From NCBI RefSeq assembly GCF_006345805.1, contig NC_043006.1, forward strand, positions 17,980,001 to 18,044,000: a stretch of 64,000 bases of DNA. The letters are read 5' to 3'. Positions 1 to 13,249 of the stretch are shown here, piece by piece. How positions within the stretch are numbered: position 1 is the first letter of the stretch; each line of letters begins with the position of its first letter. The translations under genes were made by a program, and so were the position numbers. A model generated the notes under the pieces. The model was not told the DNA's origin. It made no database searches and worked only from the letters and a program-made list of their open reading frames with translations. The DNA is from Octopus sinensis. Taxonomy: Eukaryota.

Positions 1-148
1 GTGGTAAGTAGCTTGCTTACCAACCACATGGTTCCGGGTTCAGTCCGACTGTGTGGCACCTTGAGCAAGTGTCTTCTGCTATAGCCCCGGGCCAACCAAT
101 GCCTTGTGAGTGGATTTGGTAGACGGAAACTGAAAGAAGCCTGTCGTA

Positions 149-199
<51 letters not shown>

Positions 200-415
200 G
201 TTTGTGTATGTGTGTTTGTCCCCCTAGCATTGCTTGACAACCGATGCTGGTGTGTTTACATCCCCGTCACTTAGCAGTTCGGCAAAAAGAGACCAATAGA
301 ATAAGGACTGGGCTTACAAAGAATAAGTCCCGGGGTCGATTTGCTCGACTAAAGGCGGTGCTCCAGCATGGCCGCAGTCAAATGACTGAAACAAGTAAGA
401 GTAAAGAGAGAGAGA
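1..415 (+). mobile_element. CORE-like tRNA-derived SINE, family A (cut by the window start)
   Basis: Same sequence as the complete copies; CORE-like GTGGCACCTTGGGCAAGTGTC, internal (TA)/(TG) tract, GAGTAAAA-type tail. Confidence 0.85.
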
Positions 416-1850
416 GTACATGATCATCACACCATCATCGTTACCATTACCACTACCACTATCACCACCATCATCATATCTCCTTTCTATGCTGGCATGA
501 GTTGGATAGCTTGTCTTGGTTCAAGTCGGTCTCCTATTGGAAGCTTACTGCTCCTTAAGTTTAAGTGCTCCTACACAACATTTGATTTGATTTCTATGGT
601 TGGATGCCCTTCCTAATACCAACTACTTTACAGAGTGTACTGGGTTCATTTTTGTCATTGCACTAATGCTACAGAGGTTGAACTAACTGTCCTTGGTGAG
701 ACAGGACTAGAGGGACCTCTCGTAACCCTATACTTTCTTTAGTCCTACAGCCATACTTTTCTGAGAAAACCTACATCATCATCATCATCATTTAAAGTCC
801 ATCTTCTATGTGTTTGTGTCTTTCCATTGTCCTGACATTGTTTGCACATTGTGTACACTATGCCATTGATTGAGTCTGCCACAAAAGGCATGTCTAGCTG
901 TCGTGGCACTATGTGAAAAAACAACAGTGTTTTTGTTTACATCTGTCTCCAAAACAGGTTCAGTCATTGAGTTGCTTGTCATTTGAAAGCCAAGCCCAAG
1001 GGAAATAGCAGCAACACCTGGGTTGCTACTGGAAACGTATGATGGTTGGTGACAGGAAGAGCATCAAGTTATAAAAAAAGATTTCCCCTAACAAATCTAA
1101 TCTGACCTATGCTAGCACAGTGGACCTTAAAATTGATGATAGTAGTGGTTATCAATGTTGTTGTTATCGGCCTGTCAAAAATATGCCAGCCTCGCCTGGG
1201 CCCCGTGCCGGTGGCACATAAAAAGCACTCACTATACTCACGGAGTGGTTGGCGTTAGGAAGGGCATCCAGCCGTAGAAACATTGCCAGATCAAACTGGG
1301 CCTGGTGCAGCCTTCTGGCTTCCCAGACCCCAGTTGAACCGTCCAACCGATACTAGCATGGAAAGCGGATGCTAAATGATGATGATGGACTCTCCCATCA
1401 AAGATGATATATGAGTGATAAGCTTTTGCTGAACGACATGTACAAAATGATTTGGTTGTAGTGATCAAATGTTCATGTTGCACATTAGCTCACTCACTCC
1501 ATCAAATCGACATTGTCTGAACAGGTGCATGGTGTACCACAAGTCAGGTGTTGAACTGATCGCAGAGCAATGTGAGATGAAGTGTTTTGCTCAAGAACAC
1601 AACACGCCATCCATTCTAGGAATTGAAACCATGGTCTAGCGATCATGAGTGCAACACCCTAACCACTAAGCCATGTGCCCTCACATAATAATAATAATAA
1701 TTCTTGCTACTAAAGATACAAGGTCTGAAATTTTGATAGGAGGAGACTAGTCAATTACATTGACTCCAGTATTTCACTGGTACTTAATTTATCGACCCCG
1801 AATGGATGAGAGGCTAAGTCAACCTCGGTGGAAATATAATAATAATAATA

Positions 1851-2336
1851 GTACCACGAGGTGGCTCTCATGGCATTTGATCTTAACTGATTGGAAATGT
1901 TATCATGTACATGTTTTGTCTTGGTATAAAAGATGGGCTACAGCAAATATTCTGCTCAGTACCACAGATTTGCTTGTCAGCTGCTTGACCTTAACCGGTT
2001 GAGCATGTTTCTTAGTGGCTGACAATATGTGCATCTCTGATCACAAGCAGAAGTAGAGTGGGAGCATCATAGCCATGTGTTGAGAGGGATTCTTTGGGGT
2101 TTGAATAATTCACCCCTGGAAACATGGGTGTTTCATTCATCATCCTTGAACCTTTTGAGCAGGATGGGCTACCCGTTGTGAAGAAAATTCTAACTGGGCC
2201 CCACCTGCAAGGTCATATGGTTGTGAGGCATGTGCCTGGTGTACCCTTATCAGACAGGTAGTCATGATGGATATACTGGGCTTTGTATGTTTATACCCCA
2301 GTGTTGCTTTGATGTCATAAACTGCTTTCTCACTCA
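1851..2336 (+). mobile_element. Non-coding retroposon-like element inserted in (TAA)n, copy 1
   Basis: (AAT)n on the left and a short taataat on the right. Fixed end ...CTGCTTTCTCACTCA shared with 31709-32147(-); fragment at ~9480-9680. Confidence 0.7.
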
Positions 2337-2399
2337 TTGATAATAATATTTTTCCTCTCAGATAAATCAGAAATTAATTTCTATTATTTTATTTTGCAG

Positions 2400-3885
2400 G
2401 GTTGATAGTATCACAACACGCATGGAAGACATGTATACCAAAGAGAATGCAATAAAACTGTCTCATCAAACCATTGATTATAGATTAAGTAGGTTAGAAG
2501 AAATTGCTGCCCAGATGGGCGACTCTCTTGCTGTTATAGAGGAAGTTATAACAACCGAGCGGCATCCAGTCTTCTCTGATGCAGACACAAACATAGACTA
2601 TACCAGTGATGAATCTCTTCAACCAACAGAAGATAACAGTAGTCCAAAAACCACTTACCCTCAGAAAGATCAACTCGCAGCACCTTCATTATTTAGACCG
2701 AGTTTATCTAAAAGGGGTAGTGTTTCAAATCGTATGGGTAGACTTTCTGATCATCGACCTTCATTGCTAAGCAAAAGAAGCCCATCTATTGGTTTAAAAC
2801 GTTCTTGGAGTCTTTGTAGCCGTAGCCCTAAATTTGCCAACACCAGTCCTTTACAAATGAAACGGCCATCTCTTTTCCAGTTTCATGACGCCATGCAGAA
2901 AGCGTCTTTGCAGAATTATGATACAGATTGTACAGGTGAACCTAGTTCTAATCTAAACATGTCAAAATTACAGAAACGACGTAACGTCACTGCAAACCTA
3001 CACGTCAACTTACAGCCGGAAGAAATCCAAGAGGACTGTTTTAATTCCAATAACTCTCCACCAAATCTATCACCAACCACGTGTAATGCTTCTTCAGTGA
3101 AATTCAATGAGGCATTACCAGAGAAAAGTGTTTACAGCACTGCTCCCATTGAGTCTGATACTCGCACTGCTACCTTAGTTCCTGGCAAAACTATGACTCT
3201 TGATCTCTTGAAACCAAAAGATACTCAATTTAATCGTGATGCTGAAAGCCAATCTGGTGCTATCATTGGTCACACACCAGTTTCCCCTCTTGACACCCCA
3301 AATTCACCATCGAGTAGTGTTACGTTTGGTTCCTTCAGTGTGTATGAAAAATACCAAGCAGGGACCTCCGCAGGCCAAATGCCATCTCTTTTAACTTCTT
3401 TGAATCCAGAATACACAACCATTACAGATGATATTGATACATCATACTTAATGGACACATCTAGTCCCGCAACAAGTAGTATATTTTTTTCCGATCAAGA
3501 TGAGAAATACTTCTGGAACAGTGAAGAAAAAGCGTTGAAACAAGCAGAAGAAGTCGAACACCATCGAATGGAACGGGTCATTCGCAACCGGTTGCGTCAG
3601 ATTTCACTTGATGATACCGATAGCATTAGTGACATTGCCAAAATTGTGGTCTCTGAAATGGAAGGTAACCAAAAGCACACACCACCTGATGCAGTAGTGG
3701 ATGTCGACGAAGAGGACATAACACTTGTAAACAGGCCTGCATGTATACCGCAGGTCACGGTAGAGAATAAAGACTTTAAAAGCTCTTCAGTTGATAGATC
3801 CTTAAAAAATATCGAAATCAAAGTCATTCGTGCATCCATTGACAAAGGCAGTAGCTGCGACAGTGATCGAGACCCACAATGTTAA
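2400..3885 (+). CDS. Trpm: Terminal coding exon of a TRPM1/TRPM3-like (melastatin) TRP cation channel: C-terminal coiled coil plus long low-complexity tail
   Basis: Polypyrimidine acceptor ttattttgcAG (2398-2399), phase 2. Open frame (R)VDSITTRMEDMYTKENAIKLSHQTIDYRLSRLEEIAAQMGDSL resembles the TRPM3 coiled coil as I recall it ([40 protein letters not shown]). Downstream motif EYTTITDDIDT resembles TRPM3 EYTSITDCIDT. Stop TAA 3883-3885. Upstream exons lie outside the window. Confidence 0.88.
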
Positions 3886-3957
3886 TTATTCACTGTTTTA
3901 GGTGAGGCTTCGTTATTTTACATGTATTATTAAAATGTATCTATTTGTCATTAAACA

Positions 3958-3963
3958 AATAAA
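3958..3963 (+). terminator. Candidate polyadenylation signal of the TRPM gene
   Basis: AATAAA 73 nt after the stop, followed by U-rich sequence (tttgttttttcttttt); ATTAAA also at 3929-3934. Confidence 0.5.
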
Positions 3964-4071
3964 AAACAAAATTACAGATTACAAGTTTGTTTTTTCTTTT
4001 TGTATCTTTATTGTGGAAAAAAATGGAAACATCTGCTTTCTACTGTTAACTTTTTGAAAAAAATATAATTA

Positions 4072-4924
4072 CGAGGTGGTATTAAAAAGTTCCCAGACTA
4101 GTTTAATAAAAATTAACTTCTTTACCTAAGTTTTAGCATCATCTTCGAAATAGTCACCTTGCACAGCAATACACCAGTCCCAGCATTCCTGCCAGTTTGG
4201 GAATCCAGCCTGGAAGTTGTTTTCTGTAAGTGAGTCAAGGACATTTTGCAATTCGCTCTTAATCTTGATAACAGTGTTAAAACAGCAGGCGAATAGGGCA
4301 GGTGCAGAAGCAATACCATGTTGTTTTTGGCAAGAAACTCCTGAGTGAGGAGAGCTCAGTGACAAGGTGCCTTGTCATCGGGAAGAATTGGATTCTTCAC
4401 GCTCCACAGATCCTGTCGCTTCTGCTGAATGTCCTCCCTCAAACGCTTCAAACCATCATTGATTGTCCTCCCACAATCCTCATGCATAAGCTGAGGAATT
4501 TTCTCGACATTTCCCGGGGGTATTGCTCGTGGTCAGTCTCCCAGATCGCCCATCATCTTCCGAAGACGTTCTTCCGATTTTGAAGCTCCCATGCCACTTG
4601 AAACATTGCATATAACCCCATTGCCTCGTCACTGTAAGCTTGTCGAAGTATGCTCAATGTCTCTGTAGCAGACTTCCCAAGTTTGATGCAAAATTTCATG
4701 TTGGCTCTTTGTTCCAACTTCCTGTCTATGACAAAAGTCGCAGACAACAGCTTACATGTGATCACAAAATCACAAATTTCACAACTTGTGAAATAAACAC
4801 AGTAATGTCACTCAGCACACTGCCTCATGAAGGTCACTGCTGGCTCTCACTGTGCCGGCAACTGTGTGCTGCCATCTGTTGTTGCACTACAATACTAGTT
4901 TGGGAACTTTTTTATACCACTTCA
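4072..4924 (-). mobile_element. Internally deleted mariner element
   Basis: ~30-bp imperfect TIRs (CGAGGTGGTATTAAAAAGTTCCCAGACTAGT / ACTAGTTTGGGAACTTTTTTATACCACTTCA) flanked by TA. Minus-strand remnant EQRANMKFCIKLGKSATETLSILRQAYSDEAM is a mariner N-terminal HTH. Confidence 0.85.
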
Positions 4925-4963
4925 TACAAGCTTAGTTTGAGGTATTTTTACATTATTTCTCTT

Positions 4964-5000
<37 letters not shown>

Positions 5001-5697
5001 GTTATTTAGAGATAGTAATCCCCTTCATCCCACCATATAAAAGAATTTTAATTTAATTTAATACTTACTACTCATTTCTCAGCTACACATGTTTCTTGAG
5101 GTTCTTTTATGGTTCCTTAAGCACGCAGTGTTTTACAGAAACCTTTCTTAAAATGTAACCCCAATCATCAGGTTTCTAAATAAATTTATCATAGTTCTAT
5201 ACCAAATACTATATTTTAATTTTAACATATAAGTATGTGTATGTGTAAATAGGTTCGCCGGACCTTACTGTGCAAGCCATAATTTAATTCAAATAAACTT
5301 AATAAAAATAAAAAATACAAATAAAAATTTTAAAATTTACAAAAACTAAATTCTCACGTAACTTATGTCTGTAAACATTCATATAAAATTAATAATATGT
5401 AGGGATAAAAATGAAATATATACTTGTGATGATATAATAATGAAAGCAATGACAAATAAATATATTTGAATAAAAATTAAAGAATGCCAAATATTTTTGA
5501 ATAAAAAGTATAGTACGAATGACAAAATGCAAAAAGAAAATTTACAAATGATACGAATGATAAAAATTTACAAAGTAAAAATTACTTAAGGGTAACGTAA
5601 AAGAAATGTAAAAAGTATGTACAAACTACCGTTGACTACCATTGTCCTACTACGTATTAATTTCGGTTTAACATCGCAAGGCTCAGCAAACGTCTAC

Positions 5698-5859
5698 ATA
5701 GAATAAGTACTAGGCTTAAGATAAAATAAGTCTTGGTGTTGAGTTGTTCAACTAAAATCCTTCAAGGAGGTGGCCATGTTGGGGCACCTTCTTGAAGGAT
5801 TTTAGTTGAACAACTCAACACCAGGACTTATTTTATCTTAAGCCTAGTACTTATTCTAT
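5698..5859. repeat. Fold-back of a SINE 3' segment, 75-bp arms, 12-nt loop
   Basis: 5698-5772 pairs with 5785-5859; the arm sequence is family A SINE-like. Confidence 0.88.
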
Positions 5860-6644
5860 CAGTCACATTTTGCCAAACTGTTAAGTCACAGAGGCAAAAA
5901 TACACCAATACTGGTTGTCAAGCAGTGGTGGGGAACAAACACTGACACAAAAAAAAACACACATATAGATGTATATATATACCTCATGCCAGTGGCACAT
6001 AAAAGCACCCACTACACTCTCGGAGTGATTGGCGTTAGGAAGGGCATCCAGCTGTAGAAACTCTGCTAGATCAAGATTGGAGCCAGGTGCAGCCATCTGG
6101 CTCGCCAGACCTGTCAAAATTCATCCAACCCATGCTAGCATGGAAAGCAGACGTTAAACGATGATGATGATATACATCATCATCATCATTTAATGCCCAC
6201 TTTCCATGCTGGCATGATTTGGACAATTTGACTGAGGACTGGCGAGCCAGAGGCTGCATCAGGCTCCAGTCTGACCTGGCAGTGTTTCTACAGCTGGATG
6301 CCCTTCCTTACTTTGACATTGTATAATATTTGTAAATGAGTGCCACTGTCATACAAGTGGTGTCCTTTGTTTCCAACCTTCCATAAAAAAAAAAAAAAAT
6401 GTCTGGTCATAGGGAAATATTACCTTTCTTGGAAACAGATGTGGGTTGACAACTCACTTGCCCAGGTGCTGGACATTGGGATTGAGCACAACATCACATG
6501 GTTGGGAAGTAGTATGTGTGTGTGTGTGTGTCTGTGTGGAGCAGAAAAACAAATTTCACATATAGATCATACAATTCACACAAAGTACGAAATTTATGCC
6601 AAATATATGACTTAAAAATCACTTTAGCCGATTATATACATACA

Positions 6645-7010
6645 TGCAAGTGGCTAACTGGGCCAGAGTGGCTAACTTGCTTCTGTGCCGGTGGGCACGT
6701 AAAAGGGCACCATTCGAGCGTGATTGTTACCAGCGTCGCCATACTGGCACCTGTGCCGGTAGCATGTGTAAAAAGATTCGAGCGAGGCCGTTGCCAGTAC
6801 TGCCTGACTGGCCCCCGTGTCGGTGGCACATAAAAAGCACCCACTACACTCTCGGAGTGGTAGGTGTTAGGAAGGGCATCCAGCTGTAGAAATTCTGCCA
6901 GATCAAGATTGGAGCCTGGTGCAGCCATCTGGTTTGCCAGCCCTCAGTCAAAATCGTCCAACCCATGCTAGCATGGAAAGCAGACGTTAAACGATGATGA
7001 TAATGATGAT
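6645..7010 (+). mobile_element. (GAT)n-tailed retroposon family C (RTE-type 3' end)
   Basis: Core GGAGTGGTTGGCGTTAGGAAGGGCATCC and tail GCATGGAAAGCGGACGTTAAACGATGATG. Variably 5'-truncated copies at ~470-660(-), 1180-1385, 5985-6170, 6175-6310(-), 7355-7500(-), 9105-9380(-), 12700-13030(-), 45550-45650(-), 50305-50490(-), 60340-60575(-), 60720-60910. Confidence 0.8.
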
Positions 7011-7757
7011 GTAATAAACACGTTGAAGTTTAACAGCTTGCTATTCATTGAGCTCTTAGCTCTTAATTACTGTGGATTTATTCTTAGATGCAGTGCAGAT
7101 TTACCTTGTGTAAAGGTTCTTTGCATAGTTACATTTAATGTTTTCACTATGGACATATACACAAGCTCTTGTATGTTCTTCCTTGGCTGCATTTTCATGC
7201 TCTATTATCCATTGAGATGATTTAGAAACAGTATCGTCTCTTTCATTTTGCCATCCATCAGTTAGTGTGGATGATGTTTATACATCAATTTTGTATATGG
7301 AAATAAATGTGAGTGTATATACATACATCATCTTCCTCCTTTAATATACTGATATGAGTTGGACCGTTTGACCAGAGCTGGCAAGCAGGAGGGCTGCGCT
7401 AGGTTCCAGCCTGATTTGGTTTGGTTTCTATGGCTGGATGCCCTTCCTAGCACCAACCACTTTACAGAGTGTGTTGGGTGTTTTTACATGGCACTAGCAC
7501 AGGTCTCTTGCAGACCTATCCCCTTCAGCAGGGAGAGCAGTATTAACACTTCTGCTCTGAAAGACAAATCTTCTTGAGTACTGCAAGGGTGAAAGCTCAT
7601 AAGCGCAGGAGTGGCTGTGTAGTAAGAAGCTTGCTTCCCAACCACATGGTTCCATGTTCAGTCCCACTACATGGCACCTTGGGTGTCTTCTATTATAGCC
7701 TTAGATCAACCAAAGCCTTGTGAATGGATTTGGTAGATGGAAACTTAAAGAAGACTG

Positions 7758-7810
<53 letters not shown>

Positions 7811-7813
<3 letters not shown>

Positions 7814-8010
7814 AGAGTTTACGAAAAAAACAAAAGACGAAGACAGGTGGTGTACAAAACAAACAGATGTATTAGTATAATGCTCAGGAATAGAAAAAGT
7901 CTTTTATGTTTCGAGCCTACGCTCTTCTACAGAAAGGGACACAATCAAAATGTAAAACTATTTTTCTTTCCCTGAGCATCTACTTTACATGTACCACGTC
8001 CTCGTGTTGT
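7811..8010 (-). mobile_element. Short hammerhead-bearing (PLE-type/retrozyme-like) element inserted in (TA)n inside a SINE
   Basis: Fixed end GGGAGAGTTTACG directly after (TA)n; short inverted segment at the other end. Related copies at 35373-35584, 60925-61089 and 63944-64000 are all next to (TA)n. Confidence 0.72.
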
Positions 8011-9875
8011 TTTATATATATATATATACATGTTTGTATTTGTGTGTCTGTCTTTGTTCCCCACCAAGAAAAAAATATCGCTTGACAATTGATGCTGGTA
8101 TGTTTATATCCCCGTAACTTAGCGATTTGGCAAAAGAGACCGATAGAATAAGTACTAGGCTTACAAAGAATAAGTCCTTGGGTTGATTTGTTTGACATGG
8201 CCACAGCCAAATGACTGAAACAAGTAAAAGAGTAATATATATATATATATATATATATATTCATTCCTTGTTTCTGTCATTAAATGCTGGCCATGCTAGG
8301 GCACATCTGCGTAGGTCACTCAATACATACCTCAAGTGATAATTAAATATATCTATCATGCTTTGTTCTTTGTGTGTTTTTCTGTTTGTTTTTTTGATCA
8401 CACTGTGTCTGCAGAAAACTTCCAATTAAATAAGCCCAACTGTTGTCTTTACCAAGATAAAAAGGGAAAGCAATACAGAATCTTGATACATTATCATTTA
8501 TTTTGATTGTGTCATTTTTCTACATGGAAAGACAAGGAAAGAAAGCTATCAAATACATATAGAGAACATATGTATATATATATATAATGTATGTCTACAA
8601 ATGTATATCATTTTATAAGATATAACATTAAATTAAGCTGTTAATATGGAGTGTCGAGAAAAATAAACGCTATTATTTTTATCTCCAACCAACAATGCAC
8701 TTCTACTATAAGCTGACACTTATCATACAATGCTGCAACGTTTGTGAGAAATTCAATTAAGTCGGAACATTTCATCGGTAAGTCTTGAGAGATTTATAAA
8801 TATGACATGCTATTTCTGCCATTAATCCAATATAGCAGCCTCTGCAATGTGATGTTATGAAAAATTACTCAATTATCCAGACTTGCTAGTTAACAGTCTG
8901 GTGTACAAAATGCATGTCTCTTATTGCTTTAGTGTTGACATATATTTCTGCTGTTCGATTCTGTCAACCCCTCGACTTCAGGTTCGCTTATTTCATAACA
9001 CAAAGTGTCTGCACGTCAAATGTAATTTATAATTGCATGTTCCACTTTTTATGGTTAAGATTCTGTTAAAAGAACATCTCACAGCAAAACACCAAGCTAG
9101 ATTCATCATCATCATCGTTTAACGTCCGTTCTCCATGCTAGCATGGGTTGGACGGTTCGACCGGGGATCTGGGAAGCCAGAAGGCTGCACCAGGCTCCAG
9201 TCTTATCTGGCAATGTTTCTACAGCTGGATGCCCTTCCTAACGCCAACCACTCCGTGAGTGTAGTGGGTCCTTTTTACGTGCCACCTGCACAGGTGCCAG
9301 GCGAGGCTGGCAACGGCCACAGTCGGATTGGTGTATTTTACGTGCCACCGGCATGGAGGCCAGTCAAGGCCAGTATTCCAAAATACTAATTACGCTGTGT
9401 AACACGATTTTTGCCTTCAGGTTAGCAACAGTTATTTCCTGTTTGCTTACTCCTAGAAATGGCTAATATTGCCTACAGACTTTGCTTTTGTTACATTTAT
9501 TCAAACCCCCAAAAAATCTTTCTCAACACATTTCTATGAAGATCCCCCACTATTTCTGCTATGATCAGAGATGCACATATTGTCAGCCACTAAGGGACAT
9601 GCTCAACTGGCTATAGTCAAACAACTGACAAGCAAATCTGTGCAATTGAGCAGAATACTTGCTGTAATGATATTTCTGCTTCAGCAACTCGGCACTGAAT
9701 TTGTGTGAAATGTAATGGAAAATAGATTAGTTTCAAAACATTGATGTCTAGATCACAAAAGCAAAGTTTGAAGAGAATAGTTGTCATTTCCTTTGATTTC
9801 TAGATAGAAACAAATATTAAATAACACTTACTGACCAAAGACATAAAAAAATAATGATTTTGTTACAAAGTTATA

Positions 9876-10268
9876 GGCGCAGGAGTGGCTGTGTGGTAAG
9901 TAGCTTGCTAACCAACCACATGGTTCCGGGTTCAGTCCTACTGCGTGGCATCTTGGGCAAGTGTCTTCTGCTATAGCCCCGGGCCGACCAATGCCTTGTG
10001 AGTGGATTTGGTAGACGGAAACTGAAAGAAGCCTGTCGTATATATGTATATATGTATGTGTGTGTGTGTGTGTGTTTGTCCCCCTAGCATTGCTTGACAA
10101 CCGATGCTGGTGTATTTACGTCCCCGTCACTTAGCGGTTCGGCAGAAGAGACTGAAAGAATAAGTACTGGACTTACAAAGAATAAGTCCCGGGGTCGAGT
10201 TGCTCGACTAAAGGCAGTGCTCCAGCATGGCCACAGTCAAATGACTGAAACAAGTAAAAGAGAGAGTA
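9876..10268 (+). mobile_element. CORE-like tRNA-derived SINE, family A, full length
   Basis: Head GGCGCAGGAGTGGCTGTGTGG, B box GGTTCAGTCC, CORE-like segment, internal microsatellite. Confidence 0.88.
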
Positions 10269-10691
10269 AAGTGTTATTTCAAATTTTGGCACAAGGCCTG
10301 ATATTTGGGGGTGTTTTATTTTATCAACACTGAAAGGATGAAATGTATAATTGACCTTAGTGGAATTTGAATTCAGAACGTAAAGCCGCAAGACAACCCA
10401 CTGTGCTTTTTTTTGGTTTGTTTTTTTTTTAAAAATTTTTTTTTGTGTAGTAACAATTTTGCCAGCTCGCTGCTTTATTATCGAAAAGCCTTTCTACCAT
10501 TGGCATGAAACCTTAAATTTTACAGGAAAGGCTAGTTGATTACATCGACCCTGAAAGGTGAAAGGCAGAGTCGAGCTCTGTGGAATTTGAACCAGAATAA
10601 AAAGGCAGATGAAACGCAGCTAAGCATTTTGTCCGACATGCTAACAATCCTGCCAACTCACCGCATTTGCCTTGCTACTACTACTACTACT

Positions 10692-11102
10692 ACTCTCTTT
10701 TACTCTTTTACTTGTTTCAGTCATTTGACTGCGGCCATGCTGGAGCACCGCCTTTAGTCGAGCAAATCGACCCCAGGACTTATTCTTTGTAAGCCTAGTA
10801 CTTATTCTATAGGACTCTTTTGCCGAACCACTAAGTTACGGGGACGTAAACACACCAGCATCGGTTGTAAAGTGATGTTGGGAAGACAGACACAGACACA
10901 CAAACATATACACACACACATATATATATACATATATACGATGGGCTTCTTTCAGTTTCCGTCTACCAAATCCACTCACAAGGCATTGGTCGGCCCAGGG
11001 CTATAGCAGAAGACACTTACCCAAGGTGCCACGCAGTGGGACTGAACCCAGAACCATGTGGCTGGTTAGCAAGCTACTTACCACACAGCCACTCCTGTGC
11101 CT
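10692..11102 (-). mobile_element. SINE family A, full length, inverted relative to 9876-10268
   Basis: Reverse complement of the family A sequence over its full length. Confidence 0.88.
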
Positions 11103-13249
11103 ACTACAAATAATAATAATAAAATGATGGTTTCACATTTTGGCACAAGGCCAGCAATTTTAGTAAAGAGATAAGTTGATTATATTGACTCCCCACCCCT
11201 ACTTCCGTGTCAGTGGTACTTGTTTTATTAACTCTGAAAGATAAAAAGCAAAGTTGACCTTAGCAGGATTTAAACTTGGAAAATAAAAAGCTGGGAGAAA
11301 TGCTACTGGGCATTTTGTCTGACATGCTAACAATTCTGCCAGCTCACCACTTTAATAATAATAATCCTTTCTACGATAGGCACAAAACCTAACCTGAAAT
11401 TTGCGTGAGGGGGATAGTCATTACATCGCAACGACGATAGTTTATATTAGTTTATAATAATAATCCTTACTGGAGGCACAAGACCGCCAATTTCTGGGGA
11501 GGGAACTAGTCAATTACATCAATCACAGTTTCACTGGTACTTAATTTATCAACCGCGAAAGGATGAAAGGCAAAGTCAACCATGGCGGAATTTGAACTCA
11601 GAACATAGCGACGAACAAAATACCACTAAGTATTTCATCCAGCATGCTAATAATTCTGCCAGCTTGCCGTCTTCAATAATACTAATAATAATAATTAATT
11701 CGTTTATTGGCCACAAGGGCTGACAAAAATTAATTAAAACATAAAGGGACAAAACACAGGACGAAAGTTACAAAGGGTTTTGTCTGTTTGCAAAAAACCG
11801 TGTAAAAATTCCAGAGATAACAACGAAAATATAACAATTGAAATTCCCAATAGGGGGAGACGCTTCGAAAGGTTACTCGTGGAAAAACCCATAAAAGCCA
11901 CGAGAGCCTGGTCAAAAGATGGGTAGAGAGCCCCTTTCTCCTTTTATAATACTTTTTTATACTACAGTAATAATAACAATGGTTTCAAATTTTGACACAA
12001 GGCCAGCAATTTCAGGGAGAGATTAAGTCTATTACATTGACCTCGGTGCTCAACTGGTACTTATTTTATCGACTCCAGAAGAATGAAAGGCCAAGTCAAC
12101 CTCAACCACTAAGTATTTTGTTTGGTGAGCTAACAACTCTACCAACTCACTGCCTTTAATAATAGGAACGTTCTGTAAACAATGGCTACAGATAATTAGA
12201 AGCATCTTCATAACATATGTCTCCAAAGAATTTTTTTCAAGTTTAGCATCTTCACTTGAGTAATAGTCTGCAAGAATATTTGGGAAATCATTTCTTCAAC
12301 AAGCATCCTATCAAACCAGCTATCTGTGAAACCCAAGGCTTAAGAATTATTACTCTTTGGCATAAAAAAACCCAGCTTTTAGCCCGATATCAATTGTTAC
12401 ATATATTTATGTACGTAAAGATTCGTACATTTATCAGCACCTTGTTGACTTTGATTACCAAAGATGATCGTGTTGGATCTCTTAGGGATATGCTAAGAAA
12501 GTTAATAGGAATAATGAATAAAAGGTTAAACTTATGCCAAGTACTTTTGTCTTTGTTATTGTGTGTGTGTGAGTGTACGCAGGCGTGGCTGTGTGGTAAG
12601 AAGCTTGCCTCGGGCAAGTGCTTTCTACGATAGCCTTGGGCCAACCAAAGCCTTGTGAGTGGATTTGATAGATGGAAATTGAAAGAAGCTCGTCATATAT
12701 CATCATCATTATCATCATCGTTTAACGTCCGTTTTCCGCGCTAGCACGGGTTGGACGGTTCAACCGGGGTCTGGGAAGCCAGGGGCTGCACCAGGCTCCA
12801 GTCTGATCTGGCAGAGTTTCTACAGCTGGATGCCCTTCCTAACGCCAACCACTCCGAGAGTGTAGTGGGTGCTTTTTACGTGCCACCTGCACAGGTGCCA
12901 GAGGGGTCCGGCATCGGCCACGATCGGTTGGAGCTTTTAACGTGCCACCGGCACGGAAGCCAGCCAAGGCGGGGCTGGCAACGGCCATGTTCGGTTGGTG
13001 CTTTTTATGTGCCACCGGCACAGAAGCCAGTCGGCAGGGGATGGTGGCGATCCCTGCTGTACTCTTTCGCCACAACTTTCTCTCACTCTTTCTTCTGTTG
13101 GCCTGCTCGCTTAGCCAGCGGGGTGGCGTCATTTGAAACCTACGAGTACCTACGTCTGGCTAGCGCGCACGCGCGAATCCACGTGTGCGCAAACCGGGAC
13201 CACTCTGCGATACAAGTACCATGAAAGTGTACAACGCACACCGATGGGA

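Noticed and set aside
12751-13224. Recurring ORFs with LQLDALPNANHS
   Set aside because: Chance open frames in the non-coding family C retroposon.
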